Shown: positions 1 to 10,903, counted from the first letter of the stretch. The stretch: 64,000 nt of DNA from Methanobacteriota archaeon (GCA_963787255.1 CAWBCJ010000025.1:160001-224000); one strand, 5' to 3'. The notes: generated by a model from the letters alone, not told the origin. Numbers and translations: made by a program.

Positions 1-21
1 GCATTTGGCGGTGGACAATAA
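1..21 (+). CDS. 3' end of an upstream gene (AFGGGQ-stop), product unknown
   Basis: GCA TTT GGC GGT GGA CAA TAA, followed by a T-rich tract at about 30-38; gene is truncated by the window edge. Confidence 0.4.
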   Translation, partial: AFGGGQ

Positions 22-59
22 ACTTATCATTTTTTTTATATTATTTTCAAGTGATTATA

Positions 60-710
60 ATGAAACCTTACGTAATATTAAATGCTGCAATGACATTGGA
101 TGGCAAAATTGCTACAAAAACAGGCAACTCTGAAATTTCAGGTAAAGAAGACCTAATACGAGTTCATCAACTCAGAAAAGAAATGGACGCAATAATAGTG
201 GGCATAAATACTCTTCTAGCTGACGATCCAAGATTAACAGTGCATAAAATAGAGGCTAAATCCGAATATAACCCGATAAGGGTAGTTGTTGATAGTAAGG
301 CACGGACTCCTCTTAATTTTCGTATTTTAAACAAAGAAGCACCTACAATAATTGTTGTAACAGAAAATGCTGACTCACAAAAGGTTAAAGAATTAGAAAA
401 AAAAGCAAGGGTATTAAAGTGTGGTGAAGATAGGGTTGATCTTAAATCTTTGATGAAGGAACTTTCAAGAATGGGAATAAAGACCTTAATGCTTGAAGGA
501 GGATCAACGCTGAATTATTCAATGCTTGAAAATGGTCTTGTTGATGAAGTAAGGGTGTGTATAGCTCCAATGATTGCTGGAGGAGTTCACGCAAAAACAC
601 TTGTTGATGGCGAAGGTATTGAACAGATGAGTGATGCTGTTAAATTAAAATTAATAAAAAGTTATTCTCTGGGTCCTGATTTGATAATTGAGTATAAAGT
701 GATTAATTAA
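60..710 (+). CDS. arfC: 2,5-diamino-6-ribosylamino-4(3H)-pyrimidinone 5'-phosphate reductase (archaeal RibD C-terminal-type reductase)
   Basis: MKPYVILNAAMTLDGKIA, VGINTLLADDPRLT, RVVVDS and LEGGSTL motifs; ATG at 60 preferred over GTG at 51. Confidence 0.9.
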   Translation: MKPYVILNAAMTLDGKIATKTGNSEISGKEDLIRVHQLRKEMDAIIVGINTLLADDPRLTVHKIEAKSEYNPIRVVVDSKARTPLNFRILNKEAPTIIVVTENADSQKVKELEKKARVLKCGEDRVDLKSLMKELSRMGIKTLMLEGGSTLNYSMLENGLVDEVRVCIAPMIAGGVHAKTLVDGEGIEQMSDAVKLKLIKSYSLGPDLIIEYKVIN

Positions 711-813
711 AGTATTTTTTAGATATTCGAAAAGCTGTAATATGTTGATATAAAAACCAGATGACTACTAAAGAATAATACCTTTCACAAAATTAAATCT
801 TATATATGGCTGG

Positions 814-2832
814 GTGGAGCATATGGAAGATAAAAAATACCATAAATCAAGGTTTTACTGGCTATGGCGAACGATAATATTATGGATAGGGTCATCATTA
901 GGTTTTATGCTTATAGCTTATCTTTCTGTGGGATTAACTATTGATGCATGGGATACAGCATTTATAGCCGCAGCAGTAGTTGGTATTTTAAATGCATTGC
1001 TGTGGCCTCTTTTATCACGTATTTTACTGCCTTTTATGGTCTTTACAGTTGGAATAGGTGCATTGTTAATCAATGGTGCTTTGATATGGTTGGCAAGTAA
1101 TTTTGTTCCAGGAATAACCATAGAAGGAGCTGCACTCATTTTAACTCCAATAGGAATGGCTGCAATTTCAACCCTACTAAATGCAATTGTGACAATAGAC
1201 GACGATGCCACGTGGTATCGGGGAATAAGGGATGCAGTAAAGAAAATTGACAAAAAAGAAGTGAAAAATAAGCCCGGAGTTATCTTCATGGAAATCGACG
1301 GCCTGGCAAAGAATATCCTTCATGAAGCTGTAGAAAGAGGCGACATGCCTACTTTAAAAGGATGGATTAATGAAGGCAGCCATGAAGTTACCGGATGGGA
1401 AACAGATCTTTCAAGCCAAACAGGAGCGAGCCAAGCAGGCCTTCTGCATGGTAACAACGAAGATATTGTAGCATTCCGCTGGGTAGAAAAGGAAAATAAA
1501 AACAAATTTATGGTATCAACTGGATTAAGCGATGCTCCAATAGTTGAAAAACGTATATCTGACGGTAAAGGTCTTCTTGCAATCAAGGGTGCTAGCAGAT
1601 CTAATTTATTCTCTGGAGATGCTGAAGATGTCATATTTACTTTTAGTCAGATGAAAAATCTTGGAAGATTCTACAACAGAGCATGGGATTACGTTTTTTC
1701 CAACCCTTCAAATTTCAGCCGAATTGTATGTCTATTTTTTTGGGACGCACTTCTAGATTATAAATCGCAGATCATGCATCGTATAAATGATATAAAGCCA
1801 CGAATATATCGGGGAATGACTTATCCGTTTGTTAGAGCTGGTGCAAATGTATTTTTACGTGAAATCACAACTCTTGCATTAATTGGAGACATACTAAAAG
1901 GTCATGTAGACATAGCCTATGTTACATATCTTGGATATGATGAAATAGCACATCATTCTGGAGTGAGGGATGAAGACTCTTTCAGGGCTCTTCGAGATAT
2001 TGATAAACAATTCCATCGAGTTGAAATGGCCTCTAAATTAGGTTATCGTGACTACTATTTAGTAATACACTCAGATCACGGCCAAACAAACGGGGCAACT
2101 TTTAAGCAGCGTTATAAAAAAACATTAGAAGACGTAGTTAAAGAATTATTACCAATTGAGACTCAAATATATGCAGACATGTCGCCGAGTACTGGAGATC
2201 ACTTTGGAGCCGCATTTACAGCTCCAGGAGATAGGGTTAAAGGATATTTCAAGGATAAAACCGAAAGCGTAAATGAATATGTACAAAAGTATAAAGTACA
2301 GCCTAAAAAAGTAGATAAACAAGATGCAAATGTAATGGTGCTGGCTTCCGGAAATTTAGGAATGGTTTATTTAACTGATCACACAGAAAGACTAAACTAC
2401 GAGCAGATAAATTTAATATACCCTGATCTAATACCGGGATTGGCTAAACATGAAGGAATTGGTTTTATTCTGGTTAATTCTACTACAAATGGACCCCTGA
2501 TAATAGGTAATAACGGAACTTACTATTTAAAGGATGATAGTTTTGAAGGAGAAAATCCTCTGGCTAATTTCGGCCCAAATGCAGCAGAACACATTAGAAG
2601 AACTAACAGATTTAAATACACTCCAGATATACTGGTTATCAGCTTATACGATCCTGAAAACAATGAAGTAGCGGCTTTTGAGGAATTAGTAGGCAGTCAT
2701 GGTGGCATTGGAGGAGAACAATCGTTTCCATTCATACTGCACCCTACTGAATGGGATCTAGGAGATGATTTGGTAGGTGCAGAAAAGGTTTACAGGGTAT
2801 TTAAAGCAGAAATAGAAAAAATAGGATTATAA
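814..2832 (+). CDS. 4-TM phage-holin-like (DUF360) membrane domain fused to an alkaline-phosphatase-superfamily (nucleotide pyrophosphatase-like) domain
   Basis: Hydrophobic N-terminal ~125 aa with GILNALLWPLL..LPF..FTVG; then EIDG, SSQTGASQAG (Thr nucleophile), YDEIAHH, SDHG and GSHGG metal-ligand motifs. Confidence 0.8.
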   Translation: MEHMEDKKYHKSRFYWLWRTIILWIGSSLGFMLIAYLSVGLTIDAWDTAFIAAAVVGILNALLWPLLSRILLPFMVFTVGIGALLINGALIWLASNFVPGITIEGAALILTPIGMAAISTLLNAIVTIDDDATWYRGIRDAVKKIDKKEVKNKPGVIFMEIDGLAKNILHEAVERGDMPTLKGWINEGSHEVTGWETDLSSQTGASQAGLLHGNNEDIVAFRWVEKENKNKFMVSTGLSDAPIVEKRISDGKGLLAIKGASRSNLFSGDAEDVIFTFSQMKNLGRFYNRAWDYVFSNPSNFSRIVCLFFWDALLDYKSQIMHRINDIKPRIYRGMTYPFVRAGANVFLREITTLALIGDILKGHVDIAYVTYLGYDEIAHHSGVRDEDSFRALRDIDKQFHRVEMASKLGYRDYYLVIHSDHGQTNGATFKQRYKKTLEDVVKELLPIETQIYADMSPSTGDHFGAAFTAPGDRVKGYFKDKTESVNEYVQKYKVQPKKVDKQDANVMVLASGNLGMVYLTDHTERLNYEQINLIYPDLIPGLAKHEGIGFILVNSTTNGPLIIGNNGTYYLKDDSFEGENPLANFGPNAAEHIRRTNRFKYTPDILVISLYDPENNEVAAFEELVGSHGGIGGEQSFPFILHPTEWDLGDDLVGAEKVYRVFKAEIEKIGL

Positions 2833-2879
2833 AAAAAAAGAAATATTGAATAGGATATTAAATCATCTAGTTATCTCTG

Positions 2880-3035
2880 TTATTTTTTCAATATTAGCAG
2901 GTAAACTCCGAAAATCAGTAAAGCAATGGCTATTATCCAAATTAAGTAAACAAAGAACCATGGAATTCCAAGATATACGACCATTATCAAGAGTGCAACT
3001 ATAATGTAAATTATTCCCATTAGTTTATCGTCCAT
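2880..3035 (-). CDS. Small 2-TM membrane protein, 51 aa (not in ORF track)
   Basis: MDDKLMGIIYIIVALLIMVVYLGIPWFFVYLIWIIAIALLIFGVYLLILKK*; AGGGGG upstream at about 3047-3052. Confidence 0.6.
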   Translation of the reverse strand: MDDKLMGIIYIIVALLIMVVYLGIPWFFVYLIWIIAIALLIFGVYLLILKK

Positions 3036-3358
3036 AAAATACATTTCCCCCTAATTTTTTATTATTTATCTATTTAATTATTATTATATTTTTACATTTA
3101 ATACTGAAAATAAAAAATTCATTGCTAAAAAAATGATGAAATTATACCATTCACCTGTTTTTACCGGATAATATAAATTCATAAATCTAAATAAACGATA
3201 TTATAGTCTATTTTTGGACTAGTTTAGAATTTAAAGTGGATTAAATATAATAAAAATCCTTTAAAACTGGTTTTGGCAAAAAAAATAAAAAAGTATCTAT
3301 TGAGATGATTAAAAAATATAATAATAGTATAATTTTTAGAAATGTGGGGGAAATTGTT

Positions 3359-4018
3359 ATGAAAATTATAGCACATAGAGGTGCTTCATATTTTGAGCCT
3401 GAAAATACATTAAGGGCATATAAAAGAGCAATAAAAATGGGTGCAGATTTTGTTGAAGTTGATGTGCGATTAAGTAAAGATAAAGAGCTTGTTATAATGC
3501 ACGATGCTGATGTCAGCAGAACAACCAATGGAAAAGGACTTGTAAAAGATTTAACTCTTGATGAACTAAAAGAACTCGATGCAGGTCTTGGAGAAAATAT
3601 TCCAACCCTTGAAGAAGTGATTAAACTTGTAAAAAATGAAATCGGTCTTGTTGTGGAAATTAAAGAACCAGGCACCGAAAACCACATAATAAAAAAGATA
3701 GAAGAAAATAATTTAGAAAACATAATTTTAACATCGTTTTTCCATAAAACAGTGAAAAATGTGTGTAAATCTAGTTTAAAAATTGATGCAGGGATAATTT
3801 TTGTGGGAGAACCTATAAATGTTCATAAATTGGCTGCTGATGCTAATGCAAACGTAATTTTCCCTAGTTACAGGTATATGACTGAAGAACTTGTTAAAAA
3901 TGCAAAAAAGCACGATCTAATTGTTTATCCCTGGGCAATTGATAATGAAGAAATATTTAATAAATTTGCCGAAATGGGCGTTGACGGAATTGTGACTAAT
4001 AAGTTAATTAAAAGATAA
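3359..4018 (+). CDS. Glycerophosphodiester phosphodiesterase
   Basis: IIAHRGAS, PENTL, EVDVRLSKD, HD, EIK and GVDGIVTN motifs; ATG at 3359 follows GTGGGGG. Confidence 0.9.
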   Translation: MKIIAHRGASYFEPENTLRAYKRAIKMGADFVEVDVRLSKDKELVIMHDADVSRTTNGKGLVKDLTLDELKELDAGLGENIPTLEEVIKLVKNEIGLVVEIKEPGTENHIIKKIEENNLENIILTSFFHKTVKNVCKSSLKIDAGIIFVGEPINVHKLAADANANVIFPSYRYMTEELVKNAKKHDLIVYPWAIDNEEIFNKFAEMGVDGIVTNKLIKR

Positions 4019-4063
4019 AAATAAATGAAAAATTAAGTAAATAGCTACTTTTAATTAAATTGC

Positions 4064-4729
4064 TTAAATTAAATCCTTATTTCTTAAAATTTCAACGGGA
4101 TTATCTCTTAATATAGTTGAAATATGTTTTTCTGGAATACCTGCACCTAAGGCTAGTCTGTAAGCTGTTTCATAGGATATTATGTCTCTGGGTGCGTGTG
4201 TATCTGTATTTAAAACTAGATTAGCTCCTACTTCAAGTGCTACCTTGGCTACATGTCCATTTGAAAGGCTGTGCCCTCTTCTGGCGCTTATTTCAAGTGC
4301 TATATTATTATCTCTGGCTATTTCTGCTTCTTCATGTGTTATAAGTCCGGGATGTGCTAAAATATCTACATCTGGACAATTTACAGCAGCCATATTGGTT
4401 CCTTCTATTACTGGTTCAACTAGTGTTTCTCCATGAACTACTATAATTTCAGCGCCTAGTTTTCGTGCTTTACTTGCAAGTTTTCCTATAATTTCTGCAG
4501 GTGCATGGGTAATTTCAGCACCGGGAATAACTTCAATATCCCAATTCTTTTTTATATCCAGTATTACATCTCTAACGCGTCTAACGCAATCAATATTAGA
4601 TGCGTCAACGTGATCAGTTATTGCAATTGCTTCGTGGTTTAAAACGCTGGCTCTTCTAGCAATTTCAGAAGGTAAAAGTTCCCCATCGCTAAATATACTA
4701 TGCATATGAAGGTCTATTCTTTTATTTAT
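4064..4729 (-). CDS. PHP-family (histidinol-phosphatase-like) hydrolase
   Basis: [33 protein letters not shown] and NTDTH; start is either ATA at 4729 (7 nt after AGGAGG) or in-frame ATG at 4753. Confidence 0.85.
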   Translation of the reverse strand: MNKRIDLHMHSIFSDGELLPSEIARRASVLNHEAIAITDHVDASNIDCVRRVRDVILDIKKNWDIEVIPGAEITHAPAEIIGKLASKARKLGAEIIVVHGETLVEPVIEGTNMAAVNCPDVDILAHPGLITHEEAEIARDNNIALEISARRGHSLSNGHVAKVALEVGANLVLNTDTHAPRDIISYETAYRLALGAGIPEKHISTILRDNPVEILRNKDLI

Positions 4730-4920
4730 AAAATTTCCTCCTAATATAATCATTATCAAGTTCTAATTAGAAGTTATAATCCAAAATTTAATGAGAATTA
4801 TGAAATTCTAATTATTTATTAACTAATCTTTTTATTATCAATATAATATATTAAATATAATGATTATAATTTGAATGTTGCTGAATTTCTTTATTTAATA
4901 ATATACTTTCGGGTGTTAAG

Positions 4921-5793
4921 ATGAATTGTTCTGTATTTGTTCCTTCTCATATTACTGGCTTTTTTGAAATAATAGATAACCAGAATCTTCTTAAAAAGGG
5001 ATCTAGGGGTGCTGGAATTGTCATGGACAAAGGAGTTATAACTAAAACAAAAATAAGTGATGGAAATGGAATAAAAATTAAAATCAATGGCCAAAATGAC
5101 CCAAGAAATGCTACAATAACTGAAAAAACTATTGAAATCATTAAAAGAGAGTATAATTTAGATGATAAAAAAATAATGATAGATCATGAGGTAGGCGTAC
5201 CTATCGGCGCGGGGTTTGGAACTTCTGCTGCATTTGCATTGGGAACTGCACTTGGAATATCAAATATTCTTAAACTACCTCTAACTTTTAATGGCGCGGC
5301 TCAAATTGCTCATATTGCCGAGGTGGAAATGAAAAGCGGTCTAGGAGATGTTATAGGGGAAATATCTGGAGGAATGGTTTTAAGGCTTAAAGAGGGTGCG
5401 CCGGGAATTGGAAGCACTGATAAAATATTGTTAAATGAGTCTGAGGAACTTTTTATCATTTCTAAAACGTTTGGTGAAATAAAAACTGCAGATATTATTG
5501 AAGATCCTGTTTGTAAAGAAAGAATAAATTCCATAGGTAGAAATTTGCTTTTAAAACTTATTAAATATCCTAAACCTGAAAATTTAATGAATTTATCAAA
5601 GAAATTTGCTGAAAAGACTGGATTAATGAGCAGCGAGGTTTCTGAAATTGTAAAGATACTTGAAGAGGAAACAGTAGGGGCTTCAATGGCTATGCTTGGA
5701 AACACTGCGTTTGCTATTTCTAAAAGTCCTGATGTGAGTATTGAAGATGTATTAGTTTCTAAAGTTAATTATAATGGGCTAAAATTTTTATAA
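4921..5793 (+). CDS. Pantoate kinase (GHMP family)
   Basis: FVPSHITGFF, GSRGAG, PIGAGFGTSAA, AHIAEV..SGLGDV, GAPG and ASMAMLGN. Confidence 0.88.
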   Translation: MNCSVFVPSHITGFFEIIDNQNLLKKGSRGAGIVMDKGVITKTKISDGNGIKIKINGQNDPRNATITEKTIEIIKREYNLDDKKIMIDHEVGVPIGAGFGTSAAFALGTALGISNILKLPLTFNGAAQIAHIAEVEMKSGLGDVIGEISGGMVLRLKEGAPGIGSTDKILLNESEELFIISKTFGEIKTADIIEDPVCKERINSIGRNLLLKLIKYPKPENLMNLSKKFAEKTGLMSSEVSEIVKILEEETVGASMAMLGNTAFAISKSPDVSIEDVLVSKVNYNGLKFL

Positions 5794-5898
5794 ATTATAT
5801 AATTGAATTTTTTTTAACCACCATCTTCTGTAGACAATAATCAAAATAAGCACTAAAATCAGTATTCTTATGATAACATAAATTGTAATCCAGTCCAT
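5788..5898 (-). CDS. Putative single-TM micropeptide, 36 aa (not in ORF track)
   Basis: MDWITIYVIIRILILVLILIIVYRRWWLKKIQLYNL*; the SD-like AAGGATGA is rather distant; stop overlaps the pantoate kinase stop. Confidence 0.4.
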   Translation of the reverse strand: MDWITIYVIIRILILVLILIIVYRRWWLKKIQLYNL

Positions 5899-6084
5899 CT
5901 AGTAAATTTTTGTCATCCTTTAATATTAAATATTTACAATAAATTAATCAGTTTTGTAAAATTAGCCGATAAAGAATATTAAAAAAGAAACCTTTTTTAA
6001 TTTAGAGATTGATATTACATCCATTTATGGATTATACTGTCCTAGAAGATTTAAAACTAAAATTAATTAATTATAATCATTTTT

Positions 6085-6864
6085 TTAACAATCTATTATG
6101 GTGTAATGAATTCCTTCTTCATCCAGTTTTCTTGTAATGCTGCCTGTCATTTTACCGACCGCAAAAACAAGCACATTTAAACCTCTCTTTGAAGCAGCAA
6201 CCGCGGCATAAGGTGTGGCAAATTCAAAATCAGGAGAAATCATTAATTTATCAACAACTGCCCTGGAAATGGTTCCCATAATACCAACACGGTCAAATCC
6301 TTTATTATATATTTCAAGAATTTTATCTAAATCACAGGCTCTTGAACCGCCCTGATTTATGGTTGGCAGTCTAATTACAGTAACATCACCTGTTTTAAGC
6401 TCTATAATACCTTCTAATTTAGTTAATGCAACATCTTCGCCTTTTATAGCATCATCAAGCACTTCAGCCTTTGCAGATGCTTTATCTTTTGTAGCGTAGA
6501 GTGTTCCCTTTTCCATTTTTAGCCAAACTTTTTCACCTTTTTTAAGTTCTTCTTCTGCAATAGCAGGCCATATTGATTTGTAGGTATTCATTGTTTCTAC
6601 AACTTCATCCGCATATTTTCTAAGGTCCATAGCTTCTTCTTTAAGCTTTTCAATACCTCTTTTAGTAATATGGTACCTGACAGTGTCTTCACGTATTTCT
6701 ACAAATCCATCATCAGTTAAGCTTTTAATGTTTTCAGAAACTGCCTGAACAGTTATTCCAAGCTTCACGGCAATATCCTTCTGTCTTAGATGAGGCTGGT
6801 TTTTAGCAATCTCCGCTAAAATTTGGAATCTAGTTAACTCTCCTTTCTTTTTAAAAACTTTTAT
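6085..6864 (-). CDS. Winged-helix transcriptional regulator (COG1497-like)
   Basis: Frame stays open 32 codons upstream of the track's GTG (6768): [47 protein letters not shown], completing the HTH; ATA at 6864 lies 5 nt after GAGGGGGGTG. Confidence 0.8.
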   Translation of the reverse strand: MKVFKKKGELTRFQILAEIAKNQPHLRQKDIAVKLGITVQAVSENIKSLTDDGFVEIREDTVRYHITKRGIEKLKEEAMDLRKYADEVVETMNTYKSIWPAIAEEELKKGEKVWLKMEKGTLYATKDKASAKAEVLDDAIKGEDVALTKLEGIIELKTGDVTVIRLPTINQGGSRACDLDKILEIYNKGFDRVGIMGTISRAVVDKLMISPDFEFATPYAAVAASKRGLNVLVFAVGKMTGSITRKLDEEGIHYTIIDC

Positions 6865-6898
6865 TTTTACACCCCCCTCACCATAATTAACTCTTTAT

Positions 6899-8308
6899 CT
6901 ATACTACTCCCTTCAAATACTCATCAAAGGTTTTAAGGAATTTATCCATATTATCTCTGGGAATATAGGCGCCGCATGCAACAGAATGCCCTCCACCATT
7001 TCCACCAACTTTTCCAGCAACTTTCCGAATAATATTTCCAAAATGTATTCCATCATATGCTAAAAGTCGTGAACATCTAAGGGAAACTTTTAACCCATTA
7101 TCATCTTCACCTACAGGTGTAAAACCAATTATTGGTTTCCTCCAGTCACCATAACTTAAAATCATCCCTGCAACTGTTCCTATTACTTCACTTTTTATTT
7201 CGTTTCCCTCAAAATACTGAAGATTCTGCAATTGTACAATTCTATCTTCTCCCCGTACCCAGTCCATCTTTTTTGCAAGATATATTCTATGTTCTTTGGT
7301 AAGGTATTCCATTTCATCTAAAGCAAATTGTCTATCTCCTTTTAGCACTTTAAATGCTATATCTGGATTATTATGTCTGCTGCAAGCATTTACTGCTGTT
7401 GAAAATTCGCTGGCATCCCTGAGTGGAGAATGTTTCTTTTCACTAATGAAATCATAGTATTCTCCTGCAATAAGTTTAGGAACGTGTTTTATGTATTTTT
7501 TGGGTACTTCGCGGCTTAACATTCTTACAAGTTCGGAAAATATTTTATTTTTCTCTTCGGATGTTAGATCAGATAATGTACGTGCTTTTTTACCTTTTTT
7601 TGTTGGAATACCAAGATCTTTTAGCATTTGAATACATTCATTTCTGTTATTGGTTATGGGTAGGTTTACATCGCCGAAATATGATAATGCAACAAATATT
7701 GGGCGTGTCTGTCTTCCATAGATGGAAAGATCGTTTGCAGATGATACAAGGTTGTGTTGGATGCTATCATTAAGTATATTTCTATTTAGTCCCACTAGTT
7801 TCCCGGTTAAGCTGTTTTGCATATCTCCAACAGCGCTTAAAACTCCTAACCAGCTTAAATCGTAAAAACCAAAAGTTCTTGCAAGTATATATGACATTCC
7901 CCCTCCAGAAATCTCATATGAACCGTCTAAACCGTAATAATGTGGATTTAACTCTAAAAATTCACCTGCAACATGGTTATCATAAACCATTGGCCGTAAT
8001 GGAGGGTGATGATCTAAAATTAGTATTTTTGATGAAGAATTACCTAATTTATCTACGTTTTGACCGGATCCCAGATCAGAAAATATAGTGAGTTCATTTT
8101 CAATTTCAATGTTATCAATTTTATCTAGGGTGATGAATTCCACTTCATGATCCTTTTCTAGTTTATCAAGCATTAAGGATAGTAAAGACCCGGCACTTAT
8201 ACCATCACAATCAATATGGCTATATATCTTAATGTCTTCAGATTCTTTGACTAATTCATGCGCTTTTGAATAAGCCTTTTTTATCATTTCGTACCTTGCG
8301 GTTTCCAT
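6899..8308 (-). CDS. RecJ-like DHH/DHHA1 phosphoesterase (single-stranded nucleic acid exonuclease family)
   Basis: HIDCDG, FSDLGSG, ILDHH, AVGDMQ and C-terminal GGGHSVACG. Confidence 0.88.
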   Translation of the reverse strand: METARYEMIKKAYSKAHELVKESEDIKIYSHIDCDGISAGSLLSLMLDKLEKDHEVEFITLDKIDNIEIENELTIFSDLGSGQNVDKLGNSSSKILILDHHPPLRPMVYDNHVAGEFLELNPHYYGLDGSYEISGGGMSYILARTFGFYDLSWLGVLSAVGDMQNSLTGKLVGLNRNILNDSIQHNLVSSANDLSIYGRQTRPIFVALSYFGDVNLPITNNRNECIQMLKDLGIPTKKGKKARTLSDLTSEEKNKIFSELVRMLSREVPKKYIKHVPKLIAGEYYDFISEKKHSPLRDASEFSTAVNACSRHNNPDIAFKVLKGDRQFALDEMEYLTKEHRIYLAKKMDWVRGEDRIVQLQNLQYFEGNEIKSEVIGTVAGMILSYGDWRKPIIGFTPVGEDDNGLKVSLRCSRLLAYDGIHFGNIIRKVAGKVGGNGGGHSVACGAYIPRDNMDKFLKTFDEYLKGVV

Positions 8309-8410
8309 TTTCAGTTATACTCCATATATGATTTTATAGTCATAGATTTGTTAAAAAAAATTAAATTAATTATAAATATAATTTTAAATTTAGGATAATT
8401 TAAGGCATTT

Positions 8411-8683
8411 TTATGATCTCGTTCCTTTTATCATATTGCTTATTTTAACTAGAATTTCCCTTTTAGAGATATTTTTATCTACAGAAACCCTTCCTGAAGT
8501 TTCCCACCATGACCTGGAATAAGATTTGTCATTTTCAACTTCGGGATTGAGATTCAACTTTTTAGCAGCATTAGATATTTCTCTTAATTTAGGGGATGGA
8601 ACTGCATTTTCTTTTGAAATACGTCTTCCTTCTTTTTTAGTTTTTTTAGAATCAATGTAAACAGGCCATATAATTGTTTTCAT
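8411..8683 (-). CDS. srp19: Signal recognition particle protein SRP19
   Basis: [28 protein letters not shown]. Confidence 0.93.
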   Translation of the reverse strand: MKTIIWPVYIDSKKTKKEGRRISKENAVPSPKLREISNAAKKLNLNPEVENDKSYSRSWWETSGRVSVDKNISKREILVKISNMIKGTRS

Positions 8684-8704
8684 AAAAAAAATCTCCTGTT
8701 TATT

Positions 8705-9475
8705 TTATATTACTTCAGCTAGTTTATCCAGCATGTCTTTGAAGGTATACACATCAGGCATTACTGGTTCAATTTCATATGCATCCAGGACTTTTTTAGT
8801 TATAGGGCCAATTGCAGCAACTATAACCTCTTTATTCCGTAATATATCTACAATTTCTCCTTTACCTTCTTCTTTTGCAGTTTTTATAAGGTTTTTGACA
8901 GTTAAAGGGCTTGTAAACATTATAATATCAATTTCTCGGTTTAAAATATCATTAATTAGTTCGTAAATCTTTGATTTGTCGTCGGGCATTTCTGATTTAT
9001 AGGCATCAGCTAGAATAACTTCAGCACCCCTATGTTGGAGTCCATGAGGGAGGGTATATCTTGCAACCATTGTTCTTGGAAGCCCTATTTTCATTCCTTT
9101 TACATCAAATTTTTCGAATGCTTCAAGTAATCCTTCTGCAGTGTAATCATCAGGAATTAAATCTGCCTTGAAGCCGTATTTATGTAATGCTTCGCCAGTT
9201 TTTGGACCTATAACTGCAACTTTTAAATCAGGAACATTTTCGAGATTACAATATTTAAAGAATGACTCTATTGCTCTTGGAGATGTAAATACAAGCCAGT
9301 CTAGTTCATTAAGAACATTACATAGTTTTATCATTTCTCCAGGCTTGGAATCTTTAAGTTCAATTGTAGGAGTTACAATTGGAATTGCACCATAAGATCT
9401 TACCATTTCTACTGAATCTTGAGCTCTTTCAGCAGGTCTAGTTATTACAATTTTTTTACCTTCTAATCCTTTCAT
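8705..9475 (-). CDS. hemD: Uroporphyrinogen-III synthase
   Basis: VITRP, FTSPRAI, VIGPKT, FTSPLTV and AIGPIT. Confidence 0.92.
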   Translation of the reverse strand: MKGLEGKKIVITRPAERAQDSVEMVRSYGAIPIVTPTIELKDSKPGEMIKLCNVLNELDWLVFTSPRAIESFFKYCNLENVPDLKVAVIGPKTGEALHKYGFKADLIPDDYTAEGLLEAFEKFDVKGMKIGLPRTMVARYTLPHGLQHRGAEVILADAYKSEMPDDKSKIYELINDILNREIDIIMFTSPLTVKNLIKTAKEEGKGEIVDILRNKEVIVAAIGPITKKVLDAYEIEPVMPDVYTFKDMLDKLAEVI

Positions 9476-9493
9476 AATTAAACCTCTTGAAAA

Positions 9494-10207
9494 TTAATCA
9501 TTAATCTGGTTTATTTCTTTGTAAACATCAACTACATGTCCTATAACTACTAATGCAGGGGGGTTAATGTCTTTTTCTGTTATATTTTCAAGGGTACCGG
9601 TTATTACTCTCTGATTTTCCATTGTACCATTTTCAATTACGCATACGGGAGTGTCGGGGTCTTTATATTTCATTATTTCAGAAATATTTTCTTCTAAATT
9701 TCCAATACCCATGAGTATTATGATTGTATCGGCTGTGAAATCCCATTTAACCTGCTTTGATTCCTTTGTAGGGTCTTCATGCCCTGTAACAAGTGTAACT
9801 GAAGTCGCAATGCCCCTATGGGTAATTGGAAGTCCTATTGTTGTAGGAGCGCCGATTGCAGAAGTTACACCGGGAATTACCTTAAATTCAAGTCCTTCTC
9901 TGGTAAGGGCAAGCATTTCTTCTCCGCCTCTACCAAATATGAAAGGATCACCGCCTTTAAGTCTTACTACCACATTATTTTCTTTTGCCTCTTTAACTAG
10001 AATTTTATTTATTTCTTCTTGAGTTTTAGAGTGATGTCCAGCTTGTTTACCGACATAAATAAGCTTAGCACCTTCTGCATGATTTAAAATTTCTTCATTT
10101 GCAAGCTTATCGTATAATACTACATCAGCATCTTTTAATGCGTTAACTGCTTTTAGAGTAATTAGCTCTGGGTCTCCGGGTCCTGCGCCTACTAAATAAA
10201 CTACCAT
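9494..10207 (-). CDS. cobA: Uroporphyrinogen-III C-methyltransferase
   Basis: [32 protein letters not shown] and IPGVTS. Confidence 0.95.
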   Translation of the reverse strand: MVVYLVGAGPGDPELITLKAVNALKDADVVLYDKLANEEILNHAEGAKLIYVGKQAGHHSKTQEEINKILVKEAKENNVVVRLKGGDPFIFGRGGEEMLALTREGLEFKVIPGVTSAIGAPTTIGLPITHRGIATSVTLVTGHEDPTKESKQVKWDFTADTIIILMGIGNLEENISEIMKYKDPDTPVCVIENGTMENQRVITGTLENITEKDINPPALVVIGHVVDVYKEINQIND

Positions 10208-10246
10208 GTATTCACCGTTCTATTTATAAAAAAAAATTATTTTAAA

Positions 10247-10903
10247 TTAAGATTTAAAGTTAATTATTCCCTTAAAGAATTTTAAACCGTCATCTGAACC
10301 TAAAACTGCTTCGGAAGCTCTTTCAGGATGGGGCATTACTGCACAAATCAGCCCACTTTCATCACAAACACCTGTAATTGCTTCCATTGAGCCATTAGGA
10401 TTTTTTCCTTCAAATTGCAGCACAATCTGGTCTTGATCGTGAAGTTTTTCTATTTCTTCAGTATAGTAACGGCCTTCTGCATGTGCTATGGGCATTTCAA
10501 TTATTTCATTTTTCTTGTACATGCTTGTAAATGGAGTTCTTGTTGAACTGACCTTTAGTGTAGCTCTTTTACAGATGAACTTAGCATTTTTGTTGTTGGT
10601 AAATACTCCTGGAACTAAACCTATCTCAGCAAGTATTTGAGCACCGTTGCAGATTCCAAGAACTGGTTTCTCTTCTTTAATTACTTTTTTAATGCCTGCA
10701 ATAACAGGAGTGATGCTTGCTATTGCCCCAGCTCTAAGATAATCTCCGTACGAGAATCCTCCAGGAATTACAATAGCATCATAATCGGTTAAATCTTCCT
10801 GGTTCCACCAGATGTAATCAGGCTCGCCTTCTGCTAGTTCAAGAGCATGAAAAACGTCTCTATCGCAGTTTGAACCGGGGAAACGTATGATTCCTACTTT
10901 CAT
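10247..10903 (-). CDS. purQ: Phosphoribosylformylglycinamidine synthase subunit PurQ
   Basis: [30 protein letters not shown] and MPHPER. Confidence 0.96.
   Translation of the reverse strand: MKVGIIRFPGSNCDRDVFHALELAEGEPDYIWWNQEDLTDYDAIVIPGGFSYGDYLRAGAIASITPVIAGIKKVIKEEKPVLGICNGAQILAEIGLVPGVFTNNKNAKFICKRATLKVSSTRTPFTSMYKKNEIIEMPIAHAEGRYYTEEIEKLHDQDQIVLQFEGKNPNGSMEAITGVCDESGLICAVMPHPERASEAVLGSDDGLKFFKGIINFKS

Noticed and set aside
814-1200. Holin as evidence of a prophage
   Set aside because: It is fused to a hydrolase domain, and no structural, terminase, endolysin or integrase genes are present
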